A DNA stretch of 64,000 nt from the human T2T-CHM13v2.0 reference genome, Homo sapiens. The translations under genes and the position numbers were made by a program. The stretch's first letter is position 1; every line of letters begins with the position of its first letter. The notes beneath the pieces are model-generated. The model did no database searches, was not told the DNA's origin, and saw nothing but the letters and a program-made list of their open reading frames with translations. Shown one piece after another: positions 16,997 through 33,604 of the stretch. The DNA lies in the NCBI RefSeq assembly GCF_009914755.1, contig NC_060947.1. The stretch is one strand, 5' to 3'.

Positions 16997-17930
16997 TACA
17001 AAGGTTCAGCCCACTCTCCTTAATTTGAGACAACTCTGAAGGGCCATCCCAGCTCCAGAGCTCTCTGTAGAATTGTCTCAGGCCTCAGTTGTAACTGCAT
17101 TGTAGGTCAACTTCTCTCTCGGTCCAGTCTTGTCTTCCTCACCCTCTTACAGATGTTTCTCCACAGATCTCTTCCCAATAAACTTTCTGTATCCAGCTTT
17201 CCATCTGAGAGTCTGTTAACCTGAAATCCATTATAAGACAAAACAAACAGCTTTCACCTTTTTTCCTTTTAACCTTTCCTTATAATGTTTTTGAAGTATC
17301 ATTATGAATTTAGGGAATTTAATTTATCGAATGTGTTAGAATAAATTACGGCCGTTATTCTTTTTGATGTTGAAATGATCTCAAATGTGGCCAGTGAAGG
17401 CCCTTCATGATGCTGCCTATGTCATGGGGCCCCATGAGTCTTTAAGCATTTCCTTGCTTTTTAGCACAATAAGATAGCCCATGAGCAACATGTATTTTTC
17501 TACCCCCAGACCTGGAATTAGACATTACCCAAAAAATCTCTGGTGCCCTTTTAGTGAGAATGGTGGTTAGAGATCAAGATAATGGGCACTAGGGGTAAAC
17601 TATTTTGTTTAATTTCATTATCTAAACGTCTTTTTGTTGATATACAGAAATGCAATGTATTTCTGCACAGACATTCACTGGGGTTGCATTAGAATTAAAA
17701 TTAAGTTCTCCTAAATCTCAATGTATATTAGAAATATTTTCAGCTGCAAGTAACAGGAAGCTCACTCACAATGGCCTACAAAAACAAGATGTTTAGTTAG
17801 CTCACCTGATAAGGAGTCTGGTTACAATCAGTCTGGGACTAATGCAATGGCTCAATGATTCTGTCAGGGGGGACCCATACTGTTACTATTTAGCTCTTAG
17901 TTTGTCCTCTTGTTTTTTGCCTCATTGCTA

Positions 17931-18371
<441 letters not shown>

Positions 18372-20459
18372 TCATTATTAGACAGAACTGTCACAAGTCC
18401 AACTCTTGATGTATAATAAAGTAGTTTAGAAAATTGAGTTTTATTTTTAGCTGCTAGCCCAGAATTATATTCCCAGTGAAAATATCCTTTAAAATGAACA
18501 TAAAGTAAAACTAGTCTCAGAAAAACCAAAACTGATACAATTAATTGTCACCAGAGTATTTATTCAGGTTAGAAAATAATGAGCCCCAAAATATGAAAAT
18601 GCAAAAAGGAATAAAGAGTACAGGAAAGGATAAATATGTAGGTCAACCTATATGAATACTGATTGTATTAAACAATTATCATAATGTATTGAAAGGCTTA
18701 AAATATACATAGAACTGACATTCACAGCAACAATAGTACAAAATATAAAAGGGAATTAATTGAGTTGAAATATTTTACATCATTGCATTGTTGAGGAAGT
18801 AGTAAATATACTAATCTGTAGTGGACTAATAAATCAAGGGTGTACATCATAATCCTTAGAACCATTAAAATAATGATTAAAGAATGCAAAACTAAGAAGG
18901 TGAAGGAAGGGAAATAGAATAATAAAAGTTAATTGATTAATCCAAAAGTCAGGAAAGGAGAAAAAAAAGGAACAAATAATAGGAGACAAAACAGGTGAGA
19001 AGTAGTAACATAGTATACTGAAACATACATATATCAGTAATTATGATGAAGCTCAAATTGTCAGAATGGATTTTAAAAAGAAGGGTAACTATATGTGGTT
19101 TACAGGAAATATATCATTAATATGAAAACAGAGATGAAAAGCAAAATGATGTAATATAATATACAATGCAAATACTAATCAAAAGATGGTTGGTGTAGCT
19201 ATGTTAATATTGTGGGTTGAATGGTAGTCCCCAAAAAGATATGTCCTAACCCCCAGAACCTGTGAATGTAGCCTTATTTGGAAAAGGGATCTTTGCAAAA
19301 GTAATTAAATTAAGGATCTTGAGGTGAAATTATTCAGAATTATCCAGATGGGCTCTAAATCCAACGACAAATGTCCTTATTAGAGACTTAAGAGGAGAAG
19401 AGAGAGAAGAGGAGAATACCAGTAAAGACAAGCAGAGACTGGAGTTATGTAGCCATGAGCCAAGGACTCCTCAGAGCCACCAGAAGGTGGAAGAATAGGA
19501 AGCATCCTTCCCCAGCACCTTTGGAAGAATTGCATTCCTGTCAAACCTTGATTTTAGACTTCTGCCCTCCAGAACTGTGTGAAAGTAAATTTCAGTTTTT
19601 AAGCCACTAAATTTGTGGTAATTTGTTATAGAAGCCCTAGGAAACTAATAAAGATTTTGGTACTAGGAAGCAGGGTGCTGGAGTAACAAATAGCTAAAAA
19701 TATGGAAATGGCTGTGGAATTGAATACCGGACAGAGGCTAGAAAAAGTTTAAGAAGCATGATGGAAAAATTCCAGATTGCCTTGAAATGATTGTTAGTAG
19801 AAATATGAACATCAAGGCAATTCACGTCACGGCTCAGGAGGAAATGAGGAGTATGGTAGAGAAGGCTTCTATAACCTTAGAGAATACATATATTGTTATG
19901 CAGAATGTTGATAAAAATATGAACAATAAAGGCATGTATAGTAAGAATGCAGAAGGAAATGAGGGACGTGCATTGGGAATGGAGAAAAGGTGATCCTTGT
20001 TATATAGTGGCAGAAAACTTGGCTGAGTTGTATTCCACAGTTGTGTAGAAAGCAGAACTTGTAAGTGATGAATTTAGGGATGTAGCTGAAGAGATTTCCA
20101 AGCAGTGCTAAAAGTGTGGCCTAGTTTCTTCTCGCTGCTTAAAGTAAAATGCAGGAGGAAAGAGATAAATTGAGAAAGAAATTGTTAAACAAAATGGAAT
20201 GAGCATTTGATGATTTGGGAGGTTCTTGGCCTACCAAGTTTGCAAAAGATGCTAAAATTAGAAAATTCACTGTTGAGAAAAAAAAAAGAAAATTTACTGT
20301 CGGGAAAAAAAAAAGAAAATTCACTGTTGGGAATAAATGTTCCAGGGAGAGGGTTAAGGGTTTTGCTAAATAACTTTTTGCTGAAGAGATTAGGTGTGTT
20401 ACTCATGGACCCAATCAACCATCTCAGCAGAGGCCAAGAATCAAGGGATGGAAATGAGA

Positions 20460-20780
20460 ATGGCACTACCCACCCCTAGAGATCCACTAGCAAAATTTTT
20501 GCTTCCAATCTCTGCGACCTTATGTTTTACTGGTCTAGAGATCTTAGTTTCAAAGGAAGGAATGCTTTCCACTAGGAGACACAACAATGATTCCATTGAA
20601 CTGGAAGTTAAGACTGCCATCCAGCTGCTTTGGGTTCCTCTTGCCTCTAAATCAACAGGCAAAGAAGGAAGTTACTGTACTAGCTGGGGTGATTGGGCCT
20701 GATGAGCAAGGAGAAACTGGGCTGCTAATACAATTGAAGGTAAGAAGGATTTTATCTAGAGTACTGGAATTTCCTTAGGG
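20460..20780 (+). pseudogene. Degenerate ERV-L dUTPase domain
   Basis: DPLAKFLLP.SATLC.TGLEILV and MIPLNWKLRLP..FG.L.PLNQQAKK.VTVLAGVI.PD.QGE; frameshifted. Confidence 0.85.
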
Positions 20781-21703
20781 CATCCCTTGGTACCACCATG
20801 TGCTGTGATTAAAGTCAATGAAGAACTACAACTCAATCCAGGCAGGACTCATAATTGTCCACACCCCTCAGAAATGAAGGTTGTGTAACCCCACCAGGCA
20901 AAATACCACAACCAGCTGAGGTGTTTGCTGAGGGCAAAGGGAATATGAAATAGTAATGAAAGATGGCAGTTATAAGTACCTAGCTATGAGCACATGACTG
21001 GTTGCAGAAATGAGGACTATAATTGTTATTTCTTCTTTGTTTTTGTATGAATATGTGATATTTATGTGTGTGTGCATATGTAGTATTTTTGTTTTCTTCC
21101 CTCTCTTATCCCTTTATAATCTAACATAAGATGTATTAATAATAGTTAACTTCACGTCACAGTATTTATTTCAGTTACAGGATGTCAAGGAGAAGAGTGA
21201 ACATTATTCAAAGGTATTTGCATCCTCTTCTAGGGAAAGAGTTGGTGCAGTTTTGGTTGTATGCTGGATAATTGTATCATGTTAGGTGGAAATATGACTT
21301 TGTTATTATCTTTATTTGAAGATTAAGCATAGTTTAAGGAGATGTGTATGGTACCAAGATTACAAGGGGTAGACGGTGATGATTAGTTTTGTGTGTTAAC
21401 TTAGCTAGGCTATAGTGTCCAGTTATTCAATCAAATACTAATCTAGGTGTTGTTACAAAGATATTTTGGAGATGTGATTAACATCTATAATCAGTTGACT
21501 TTAGGTAAAGAAGATGATTCTCAGTAATCTGGGTGGGCCTCATCCAATCAGCTGAAAGATCTTAAGAGCAAAACTGAGCTTTCCCTGAGGAAGAAAATTC
21601 CACCTGTGGACTGCAGCATCAGGTCTTTCCTGAGGGTTTCCAGCCTGCTGCCCAGCCCTACAGATTTCAGATTTGCATAGCCAGCCCCCACAATCATGTA
21701 AGC

Positions 21704-22028
21704 CAGGGGCCCCCCAACCCTTAGGTCATGGACGAGTACTGATCCGTGGCCTGCTAGGAAGTGGGCTGCACAGCAGGAGGTGAGCACCCAAGAGCATTAT
21801 TGCCTGAGCTGTGCCTCCTTGTCCAATCAGCAGCGGCATTATATTCTCACAGGAATGAACCCTATTGTGCATGCAAGGGATCTAGGTTGAGTCCTCCTTA
21901 TGAGAATCTAATGCCTGGCAATCTGAGGTGGAACAGTTTCACCCTGAAACCATCCCCCTGCCCCTATCAATGGGAAAACTCTCTTCCACGAAAACTGTCC
22001 CTGGTGCCAAAAAGGTTGGGGACCGCTG
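21704..22028 (+). mobile_element. MER1B-like hAT-Charlie MITE nested in the MLT2D LTR
   Basis: TIRs CAGGGGCCCCCCAACC / GGTTGGGGACCGCTG and a perfect 8-bp TSD ATGTAAGC (21696-703/22029-36). Confidence 0.92.
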
Positions 22029-22061
22029 ATGTAAGCCAATTTCTTGTATGTATCCTACTAA

Positions 22062-22524
<463 letters not shown>

Positions 22525-25500
22525 TAAACAATGTTATTTTGATAGGCCAATTAAAAAGGCCAATTAACCAGGAAAATGTTGCCAGTTTAAATATTTAAGT
22601 GTATCTTTTTGAACAGGAAAAGGCCATGCTGAAAACATATAATATAACACATTGAATAGCTTCCATCCCCTGGTAACAGTCATTTGGGGCACCAGTGCTT
22701 GTAACTTCAGAGCCAATATTGTGAGGGCAGCAATAATACACTCTACAAGAAAAAACGACGCTCTGTACAACAACAAAATTACATTGAATTGACACATGTC
22801 TGTTTCTGTCTCTAACTACAAAACAGTCTCTTCTAAAGTAAGGTTTTTTATTGTAATGTTCTTGCTATTTGATGAAGAAAAGAAGAATGTTTTCTGGGGT
22901 TAGACATATCCATGCCCAACCAACTACTGTTTGACATTCCACTTGGGAGGAGCCAGACAGTCTATCCTCTTCTCAGAGTACATTCCACAGAGACCCAGGA
23001 ATTACCATTTTATCAACACAAATGACCTCAGAAGAAGACTGTGTCTGCTGAACCAATGGATGCAAAGCCAGATTCCTTAATCTGAGCAATATGAGCCATT
23101 CGTCCCCACACCCAGATGAGCACCCATTGGGCAGCTGCCAAGTTCAGTGTGTGCACATGATGGCAGCCTTCGATGAAGAGTGGAGCAAGGCTGACAGTGA
23201 TGTACTCCAAAGGAGAAGCCATACCTCCATCTACTCCTCCAACATGAGGACACAGGGATACCTCCTTGGGAGTCTGAGCCCCTCAGATTTCACACCACCC
23301 TCTGTCATTGGCCTCTGCACATGTGCCCCATCATGTGGTATCATGTAGGCAGAGGAAGGTTAGCTTTGTCTTCATCCCATCCCAGTAGGTACAGAGAAGA
23401 TGACCCTGGGAATCCATGTAAGATGTAGGGGATAGGCATTATGGAGGACATCACACGGAGAGGGGGATTCTGTTCCCCCCTCCCCACCTTCTGACTCCTG
23501 GAACTCATGAGCCCTCCCCAGAGTAGAGAGACCAGAAGTCATGATTGTTTTTTTGGTTGACTTTTCATCAGTATTCCTTCTTACAGTAAGTCACAAGACT
23601 AATTGTTTTGGAGGCCATTATCACAAGTCTAAATGAATGAGTCCAGTCCAGCCAGACTTGGGCTACTTTGTAGGACCCCATGTCTCTTATCCCATAAGAC
23701 AGAGTATGTGGATCCAGCATGATGATTATCTCATCCATTATGATATTCTCTGGTTGAAGGAGAAAAGTTAGGGGCATCTTCCACTTAAAAGGTCGCACCA
23801 TATTCCCATTCACCATTTTGAGTCAAGGCTTATCACTGGACTCCCAGGAACTTTGACTCCCAAGATTCCCACGTAAACCATACTAAAATGGCAAGCTGTT
23901 TCAAAGCAGTTCCAACCTTGTAGGGATATTACCTCTACATTCAGGAGCTCAGGGATGCTCCTGCCCCATGTGTGTGTGAACCTAATTCCCCTGAACCCCC
24001 ATTTCAGGAATAGACATATATGACATATTCCAGATATGTCAGTAGACATATCTGATCCCTCCTGTTGACTGTTGGGTCAGTGCTCATCAGAGTCATTCTG
24101 CTGCAGAGTTCTGTACTGAACACCATTTTACTCACCACTTGCTTCATTCAACTGCATGAATGTCACCCCTTTATCATGTAGACAAATAATCCAGTCTCCC
24201 AGAGATTTCTTCAGCCCCGCATGGTACTACCAGTCTTGGGAGAAGTCTTATTATTATTTCCATGAATTGTAACAGTTTTACCTATACCTGATTTTATCCA
24301 AAAGTCCTCTGTCTGGTACATTGTATAATGATTGAATCTGAGGAGTTGGGCTGCATCAGCTGCCACAGTGATGACCAGATTTGGGGGTGGGGTGGGCTCT
24401 CTTTTGTCCCTTTCTCTTCTTCTTTAAAGTTCAAACACAGAAAAGCTGAGAAATATAACAATAGGCAGCCTTGTATCTCAGCCTCTTTTTTTTTACCATA
24501 GTGATGTAGCCAAATTATCTGCTCATTCAGGTTTACATCTGTGGCCTCCAGACATTGTAACTACCCAGTGACTAGCTACCTAGGGCCAAATGAACTGCCC
24601 ATTCAGGAGTGTTTCTGTGACCTAGAGACATTCTGGCCATACAATCAAAAGGCTATCAATTCAAATTGCCTGTCAGTTTAGGGGCATTTATGGGCCACAG
24701 AAAATGAGGCCATTCAATCATGAGCATTATGGGTGATTTGTCCTCAAACCCAGAGAGTATGCTTCGCAACCCTTGAATGAAACAGTGAAACTTTTCTGCC
24801 ATGATCACTCCACATTAGGCACTACTATCAAGCAAAGGGCCTAGTCAATCACCAGAAAGTATCACTGAGGCAGGCAGGGTCACACATGCATGGGTCAGCA
24901 AAAAGCACAGGTCTCCCATTCCCTTATTATCTTGCAGAGACACATGCTTGGGCTGGGTGCAACTGGATGAACCAGGAAAGGACCCCCATCCCCTACTTCT
25001 CTTCCTTTTCATAGGTAGAGCATGAAAGTGCCATTGTAAGTAGAATCTGAGCTTGGATGCCGGTTGTTCAGGGGAGTGCTAAAAATGACAGCTGCCCAGC
25101 AACCTTGTGAGAAGTTGAGATCATGAGCAGTCCCTCATTTAATTTGGAGGATCAGCAGCCATTTATCCCACTTAGCCCATTTTCAGGCAACTATAGGACA
25201 CATTATTATTCAGCAAATAATCTTTTTCGTCTCTCTATATGATCTTCGCAATAAGTTCTATAGTGAGACACACTTGGAAAACGTATTATGGGAGACCTAT
25301 ACAGTAAATTAGCATTTTACAGGTTCTAGAAGTCCTAACATGACAAAACATTTGTACACAATGTTTCCCAAGTTTTCACAATTACAGAACTCTTACATCA
25401 TACTTGCTAATAAGCCAGAGAACCAATGTTTTGTGGAACACGTTTGTGAAATGCTACACTTAGGCAGGCATGGTAAATAAATTTCAAAATATTTGCCAAC

Positions 25501-25813
25501 TCTGATTGGTAGAGATAGTCTAGAACATACCATTGAGAATGATTTTAAGACCTTGTCTGACCTCAGCTGGAAAGAGTACAATTATTGACAAACAATAGCG
25601 GCCATGGATGTAGAAGAATATAACGGCAGCACGAGGGCAATGGGTTTATCAGTCTTAATCCAGCTCATTTAGCTTCATTTTCTCCAGCAAAAGATTTCTC
25701 TAGGTCAGAATCATTGACTCAAGAACTCCTTCATCAGGAACCCCACTTGGGAAACATGACTCTTCATTCATTATAGTTTGCTCATGCTCATTGAGTGTTC
25801 ACTGAGTAGATGG

Positions 25814-26097
25814 GGCTCTCAGGAGGGTGAGTAGGTTGTTTCTATTGATGGGACTGCTCTCAAAGGTGCCACACAAAAGAAGTCCTGGAATTTTCCTCCA
25901 AGCCCAGTGCACAGGAGGATGCTCCATGCCTGAGGGCCTCCATGATTGCAGACTTGGCTCTCAGGAGGGTGAGTAGGTTGTTTCTATTGATGGGACTGCT
26001 CTCAAAAGTGCCACACAAAAGAAATCCTGGAATTTTCCTCCAAGCTCAGTGCACAGGAGGATGCTCCATGCCTGAGGGCCTCCATGACTGCAGACTT
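25814..26097. repeat. Two-copy tandem duplication, 142-bp unit
   Basis: Copies start at 25814 and 25956 (GGCTCTCAGGAGGGTGAGTAGG...); 4 substitutions counted. Confidence 0.95.
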
Positions 26098-28083
26098 GGC
26101 CTCTGAGGCCAGTGGCATTTGGGCAGAATCTACGAAGTTCTCCCAACTCATCTGAAGCAAACTTTGTCTCATGATTTAGGAATGTTTTAAGCTTCTCCAC
26201 TGTGACACTGGGAGATTTTCTGTCTGAGATATGGGTCTGCAAGTGCATGTATATGCACATGCACAAGTACATACATGTACAAGTGTATACAAGTGTCTTA
26301 GTTCATTTTGTGCTTCTATAACAGAATATCACAAAATGGTAATTTATAACAAACGGAAATTTATTTTGCATACAGTTCTCGAGTTTGGGAAGTCCAAGAT
26401 GAAGGGGCCACATCTGGTGAGGGCCTTCTTGCTGCATAACATGACAGAAGGCATCATATGGGTGAGAAAGAGAGGAAAGGGAGTCAAACTCATCTTTTTA
26501 TCAGGAAACTATTCCCAAGATAATAGCAGTAATCCATTCATGAGGGCAAAGCTCTCATGACCTAATTATCTCTTAAAGATCCCACCTCTCAACACTGCTG
26601 CATTAGGGATTAAGTTTCCAACACATGAACTTTGGGAGACACATTCAAACCATAGCATTCCACACCTGGCCCCCAAAATTCATGTCCTTCTCACAGGCAA
26701 AATACATTCATTCCATCTCAATAGCCCAAAAGATTTTAACTTGTTTCAGCATCAACTCAAAAGTCAAAAGTCCAGTCTCATCTAAATCAGATATGGGTAA
26801 CACTCAAGGTATGATCCATCCTGAGGCAAATTTTCCCCCAGCCATGAGCTTGTGAAATTAAACACGTTATCTACTTCCAGAATACAACAGTAGGACAGGC
26901 ATAAGATAGACATTCTCATTCCAAAAGCGAGAAAGAGGCAAAAATAAAGGGGTAACTGATCCCCAATAAGTCCAAAACCCAAGAAGGAAAGTAATATTGA
27001 AACTTAAGAAGACAGAAGAATCTCCTTTGATTCCATGCCCTACATCCTGGGCACACTAGGGTGGGGGTTTGACCCCTAAGGCCTCGGGCAGTGCTGCCCC
27101 TATGGCTTTGCTGGGCTCAGACCACCCAGGAGCTCTCACTGGTTGAAGTCTCATGCCTGCAGCTTTCCCAGGCTGGAGTTGCATGCTGCTAGCCTTACAG
27201 TTCTGTAGTCTCAGGAGATGCCCCACTCCAATGACTCCACTAAGTAATACCCTAGGAGGACTCTGTGGTGGCTCTACTTCTGTGACAAGTCTGCCGGGGC
27301 TGCCAAGCTGTCCATTACATCCTTGAAATCTGACATGGCCCTATAGCTTTTACATTCTGAATGCCTGCAGAATTAGCTTCTTGTGGACGCCAGCAAGATT
27401 TACAGCTTCTACCTTCTGAAGTGGTAGGATGAGCCCTACCTGGGCCTTCTTGAGCCATGGCCAGGTGGCTGAGGAGCACTGTGCAGAACTCAGGGGGCAG
27501 AGTCCCAAGTTGGCACAGGGCAGTGAATGCTGAGGTCCTGCAGGGAACTCTCTGGAAACCCTGCTTTCAAAATCCTAGCTTGCCTTTAAGATTTCCGAAA
27601 TCCCTTTGGGGTCATTCTCCCCAATATACTGATGAACAGAACTTTCTATCCATATTAATCTCTTTAGCAAACAGTGGCTTGGCCACACCCTTAGTATTCT
27701 CTCTCAAGCATCCTTTTTTATTCTTTACATGCCAGACTGGAAGTTTTACAAATCTTTCCATTCTGCTTCCCTTTTAATTATAAATTCTGCCTTTAAATCA
27801 TTTGTTTTCTCTGATTTTACTGTGAACAGCCGAAAGAAGCCATGCAGCATGTTGAACACTTTACTGCATAGATATTTCTTCTGCCAGATATCCTAGTTCA
27901 TCACTCTTAGGTTCTGCCTTCCACAAAATCTTAGGACATGAACACAAATTCCACCAAAGTCTTCGCAAATGTATAGCAAGGATGGCCTTTACTCCAGTTT
28001 CCAATACCTTGTCCCTCAGTTCTGTCAGACCTCATCAGAATGGCTTTTACTGTCTGTATTTCTACCAACATTCTGATCACAAC

Positions 28084-29811
<1,728 letters not shown>

Positions 29812-31723
29812 ATGTCCACTTAACTAATCTCTAAGAAGATTTAGGCTTTTGCTACAGCTCTTGTCTTCTTCTGAGCCCTCACCAGAAATGACCTTTATGC
29901 TCCATTTATGGCAATCTAGGCTTTTTCTAGTCTGCTCTTCTAAATTCTTCCAGCCTCTAACCATTACCCAATTTCAAAGGTGCTTCCACATTTTCAGGTA
30001 TTTTTTATAACAATTGCCCCACTTCTCAGTTCCAATTTTCTGTCTTAGTTCATTCTATGCTGCTATAACAGAATACCACAGACTAGGTAATTTTTAGTTA
30101 ACAGAATTTATTTGGGTCATGGTTCTGGAGTCTGGGAAGTCCAAGACTGAAGGGCCACATCACATCTGATGAAGGCCTTCTTGCTGTGTCATAACATAGC
30201 AGGAGGCATCACAGAGGAGAGACAGAGCAAGAGAGGGGGACAAACTCATCCTTTATAAGAACTCCACTCCCACAATAATGAACCCCGTCCCACATTAATC
30301 CTACTCGCCTCCTAAACTTAAAGGCCCCACCTAAACAATGTTCCACTGGGGATTAACTTTCCAACACATGAATTTTGGGGGACACATTTAAACCAGTGGA
30401 ACAAGAATACTGGGGAATATAAACTAGGACTAACTTTATACCCAGGGAGTTTAGGGCCTGGAAAAGAAAATTTCATGACACAAACCACTGTTGCTTGCCT
30501 CAGCAGCTGACGCCTCAGTTTGCAGCGACACTAGAGGGTTCTGCAGTCTTCTACTTCAGTTTGGAAGGAAGAAAAGGGAGATAAATCTTTCAACTTTAAT
30601 GTGAATTTCAAAGATGCACCAGGTATTGTCTATTGACACTCCACAACATTCCCACTCTTATTCCCTTCCCTGGATTTCAGAGACTGGAGGCCTTGAGACA
30701 ATATTTCTCAGACTCCCTTGCGAATGCAATCTCTGAAGAAAATTTGGAAGACAGAAGGGAGCTAGAAGCCATACTTTTCCTCTAGCAGGAAGAGTAGATG
30801 TGAGTTTTCACAGCACCCTGTTAAACTCCTTTCTAAGCTAGTCATCCTGGGGCCAATGGGATACTCATGCTATCAGCAATGGCTTTCTGCAATTTTCTGA
30901 CCTCTGGGTGGCAGAAACAATTTCCTGACCATGGTTATCCTGAAAGCTAGTTGTAAACCCTGAGCTATGCTCGTCCACGTTCTTTCTTACTTCCAGGAAT
31001 GATGATGACCAGAGTGCCTTGGAAGCCATTTTGAAGAGGGCAGAGATGATAACAGGCTGGGTCTACATGAAGGGGCACTGCCTGTCAATATGGAATACCC
31101 ATGGTTGATTCTTGTGTGAGCAAGAAAGAGACTGTATCTGAGCCATTAAATTTTGGGTCTAATCAGTAGTTTGGCCTAACCATAGTACTACAAAAGTTGT
31201 AGTAAGCATCTAGTTACTGGTAGTTCCTGGAGTTTGTGGACAAACAACCGGGCTTACAAATGGTATCTGAGCATCTGAGAGGTTGCTGTAGTTACATTTT
31301 CCCCAGGATGGTAGCTGCATGGGCAAGCAGATTTCTGAAGGGAACCATTTTGACCTTTCTCCTAGGCACAGTACAGTTGGATCCTCCCGGGCAGCTAAAT
31401 CATGTGTTCAGTACAGCATGGTGGGCAAGAAGATCTGGAATGAGGATCACCTTGTTTTCTTCCTGCAAAGTCATGAATAATGTGATATTGAACAATGCCC
31501 ATTCCTTTACTACTGTTCTCCCCAGAAACCCTCATGCAACAGAGGAAGGAACGTAGAAGGGAGGAACACTGGCTGAGAAGTCAAGTGGAATGGGTCCTAG
31601 TTCCAGTCTGCTAATAACTCCCTGAGGAGTCTTTTCCCTCCTTGGGCCTCAGACTCTTCACCCCAGAAGGGAATTGTTAAGGGGTCTCAGAAGTGAGACT
31701 CAGAGAACACACCTGCTGTGTCT

Positions 31724-31757
31724 TTGTGTGTGTGTGTGTGTGTGTATGTGTGTGTGT
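31724..31757. repeat. (TG)n microsatellite
   Basis: Direct reading. Confidence 0.95.
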
Positions 31758-31829
31758 AGGTAGATATGTGTTTAAGGAAATTCTCCTGCTTGGAAGCCAC
31801 AGCTGCTAAACCAGGGGGTTGCTCAAATC

Positions 31830-32000
31830 TTCTTTTGACTGAAAGCATAGTCTGAGGACCGGCAGTAATAGCATCACCTGGGAGCTTGTTAGAAATGCAG
31901 AATTTCAGGCCCTTTACAGAAGTATTGAATCAGAATCCCCAATTTAACAAGATCCTTAAGGGGATACCAATGTGCATTCAAGTCTGAGATGCACTGCTCC
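31830..32000 (+). mobile_element. MER5A-like hAT-Charlie MITE
   Basis: GCATCACCTGGGAGCTTGTTAGAAATGCAGAAT motif. Confidence 0.85.
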
Positions 32001-32266
32001 AGAGGACCTGGGATAAGACAAATGTCAGCCTGAAAAAAGAATGGGATTTGAAGTCAGGAGACCTAGGTGTTAGCTTTAATTCTGGAACTCACTGGCTGTC
32101 CAAATTGAGCAAGTCATGTAATCACCCTGATCCTTTTTTTGTAAATGGGGTGCTCTAGTAACTACAGAATGGTGTCAAGATCAATGGTGTATGTTCTGGA
32201 GCCAAACTGGCTAACCTTAAATCTTGAGTTCGTTTATCAGCTATGAAGCTTTTGGTGAGTTGCTTA

Positions 32267-32652
<386 letters not shown>

Positions 32653-33604
32653 TTAATGTAAATCACATAGCACAAGGCCTGGCATCATCTAAATTCACTG
32701 TACATCTTATTATACTCTGACTTCCTGTACCATCTTTCAGGAACAGAGAGAGACCTCTAAAATAGAGCCACCTGGAGGCTAGCTGAAGACTCCCACCTTT
32801 GGTGTTTATCATAGTATACATACTTCTCAACAATGGGCACAGTTGCTCAAAGACTGGAGCTCTAACCTCTGAACCACCAGACAGGCATGAGATTGGCTTC
32901 ATGGTGTTAACTTAGGCCATCAACCAGTTCCCTTGCATGTATTCCCCATTTCTTTGTTGTCTATTCCAGTTACACTCAAGTCTAGATACTCCCTTCCCTG
33001 TGAAAATCCACAGGGCAGCCATATACAGAGCAGTGCCATCCAGGTAGGAGATGAGCACTTGCAACTGGCTTTCCTTTCCCTACAGGAACTCACACAGTTC
33101 AAAGAGTGGAATGTCATCAAGGCATTGCCTGATGGGCCTGTCACCACACTCACTGGAGGGAAAGGATCTAGAAAGAGGCAGGTTCCAGGGATCATTAGCA
33201 ACATACCAAACCACAGCAAGAAACCAAGCATGACTCAGCTCCTGCCCACTGCAATTACTCAGGACCTCTGCCCTTCAGATGTGGAAAAAGCCCAGCAGTG
33301 CCTTGCAGTAACTGCTGCTAAGGTCTGGAACTTCCTGACAAATAACCTTGCAAGTCTTTTGCTACAGGGAGGCTCAAACTGGATTTCAGAAGGCCCACCC
33401 CACCAGGATGACTGAAACAAATTGTGGACTGGGTATCAATGCAAATAATATTGTAGCATCAGGAATAAAATAAATTTCAACTCAATAAGAGGCCTAACTT
33501 ATGCATTTAAAAATGTCTGCAGGTGGATACAAGTGGTGATCCTGGGCAAAGCTGGTGCCAGGCACAGGCACAACTGTGCAAGGAAATGGCAAAAGGGAAG
33601 CCCA

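Noticed and set aside
22560-25200. Possible decayed exons in repeat-poor sequence (e.g. ORF 23091-23348; a KLFC-like motif at ~24790)
   Set aside because: I could not match these to any protein family or consistent splice pattern; a tBLASTx search would be needed.
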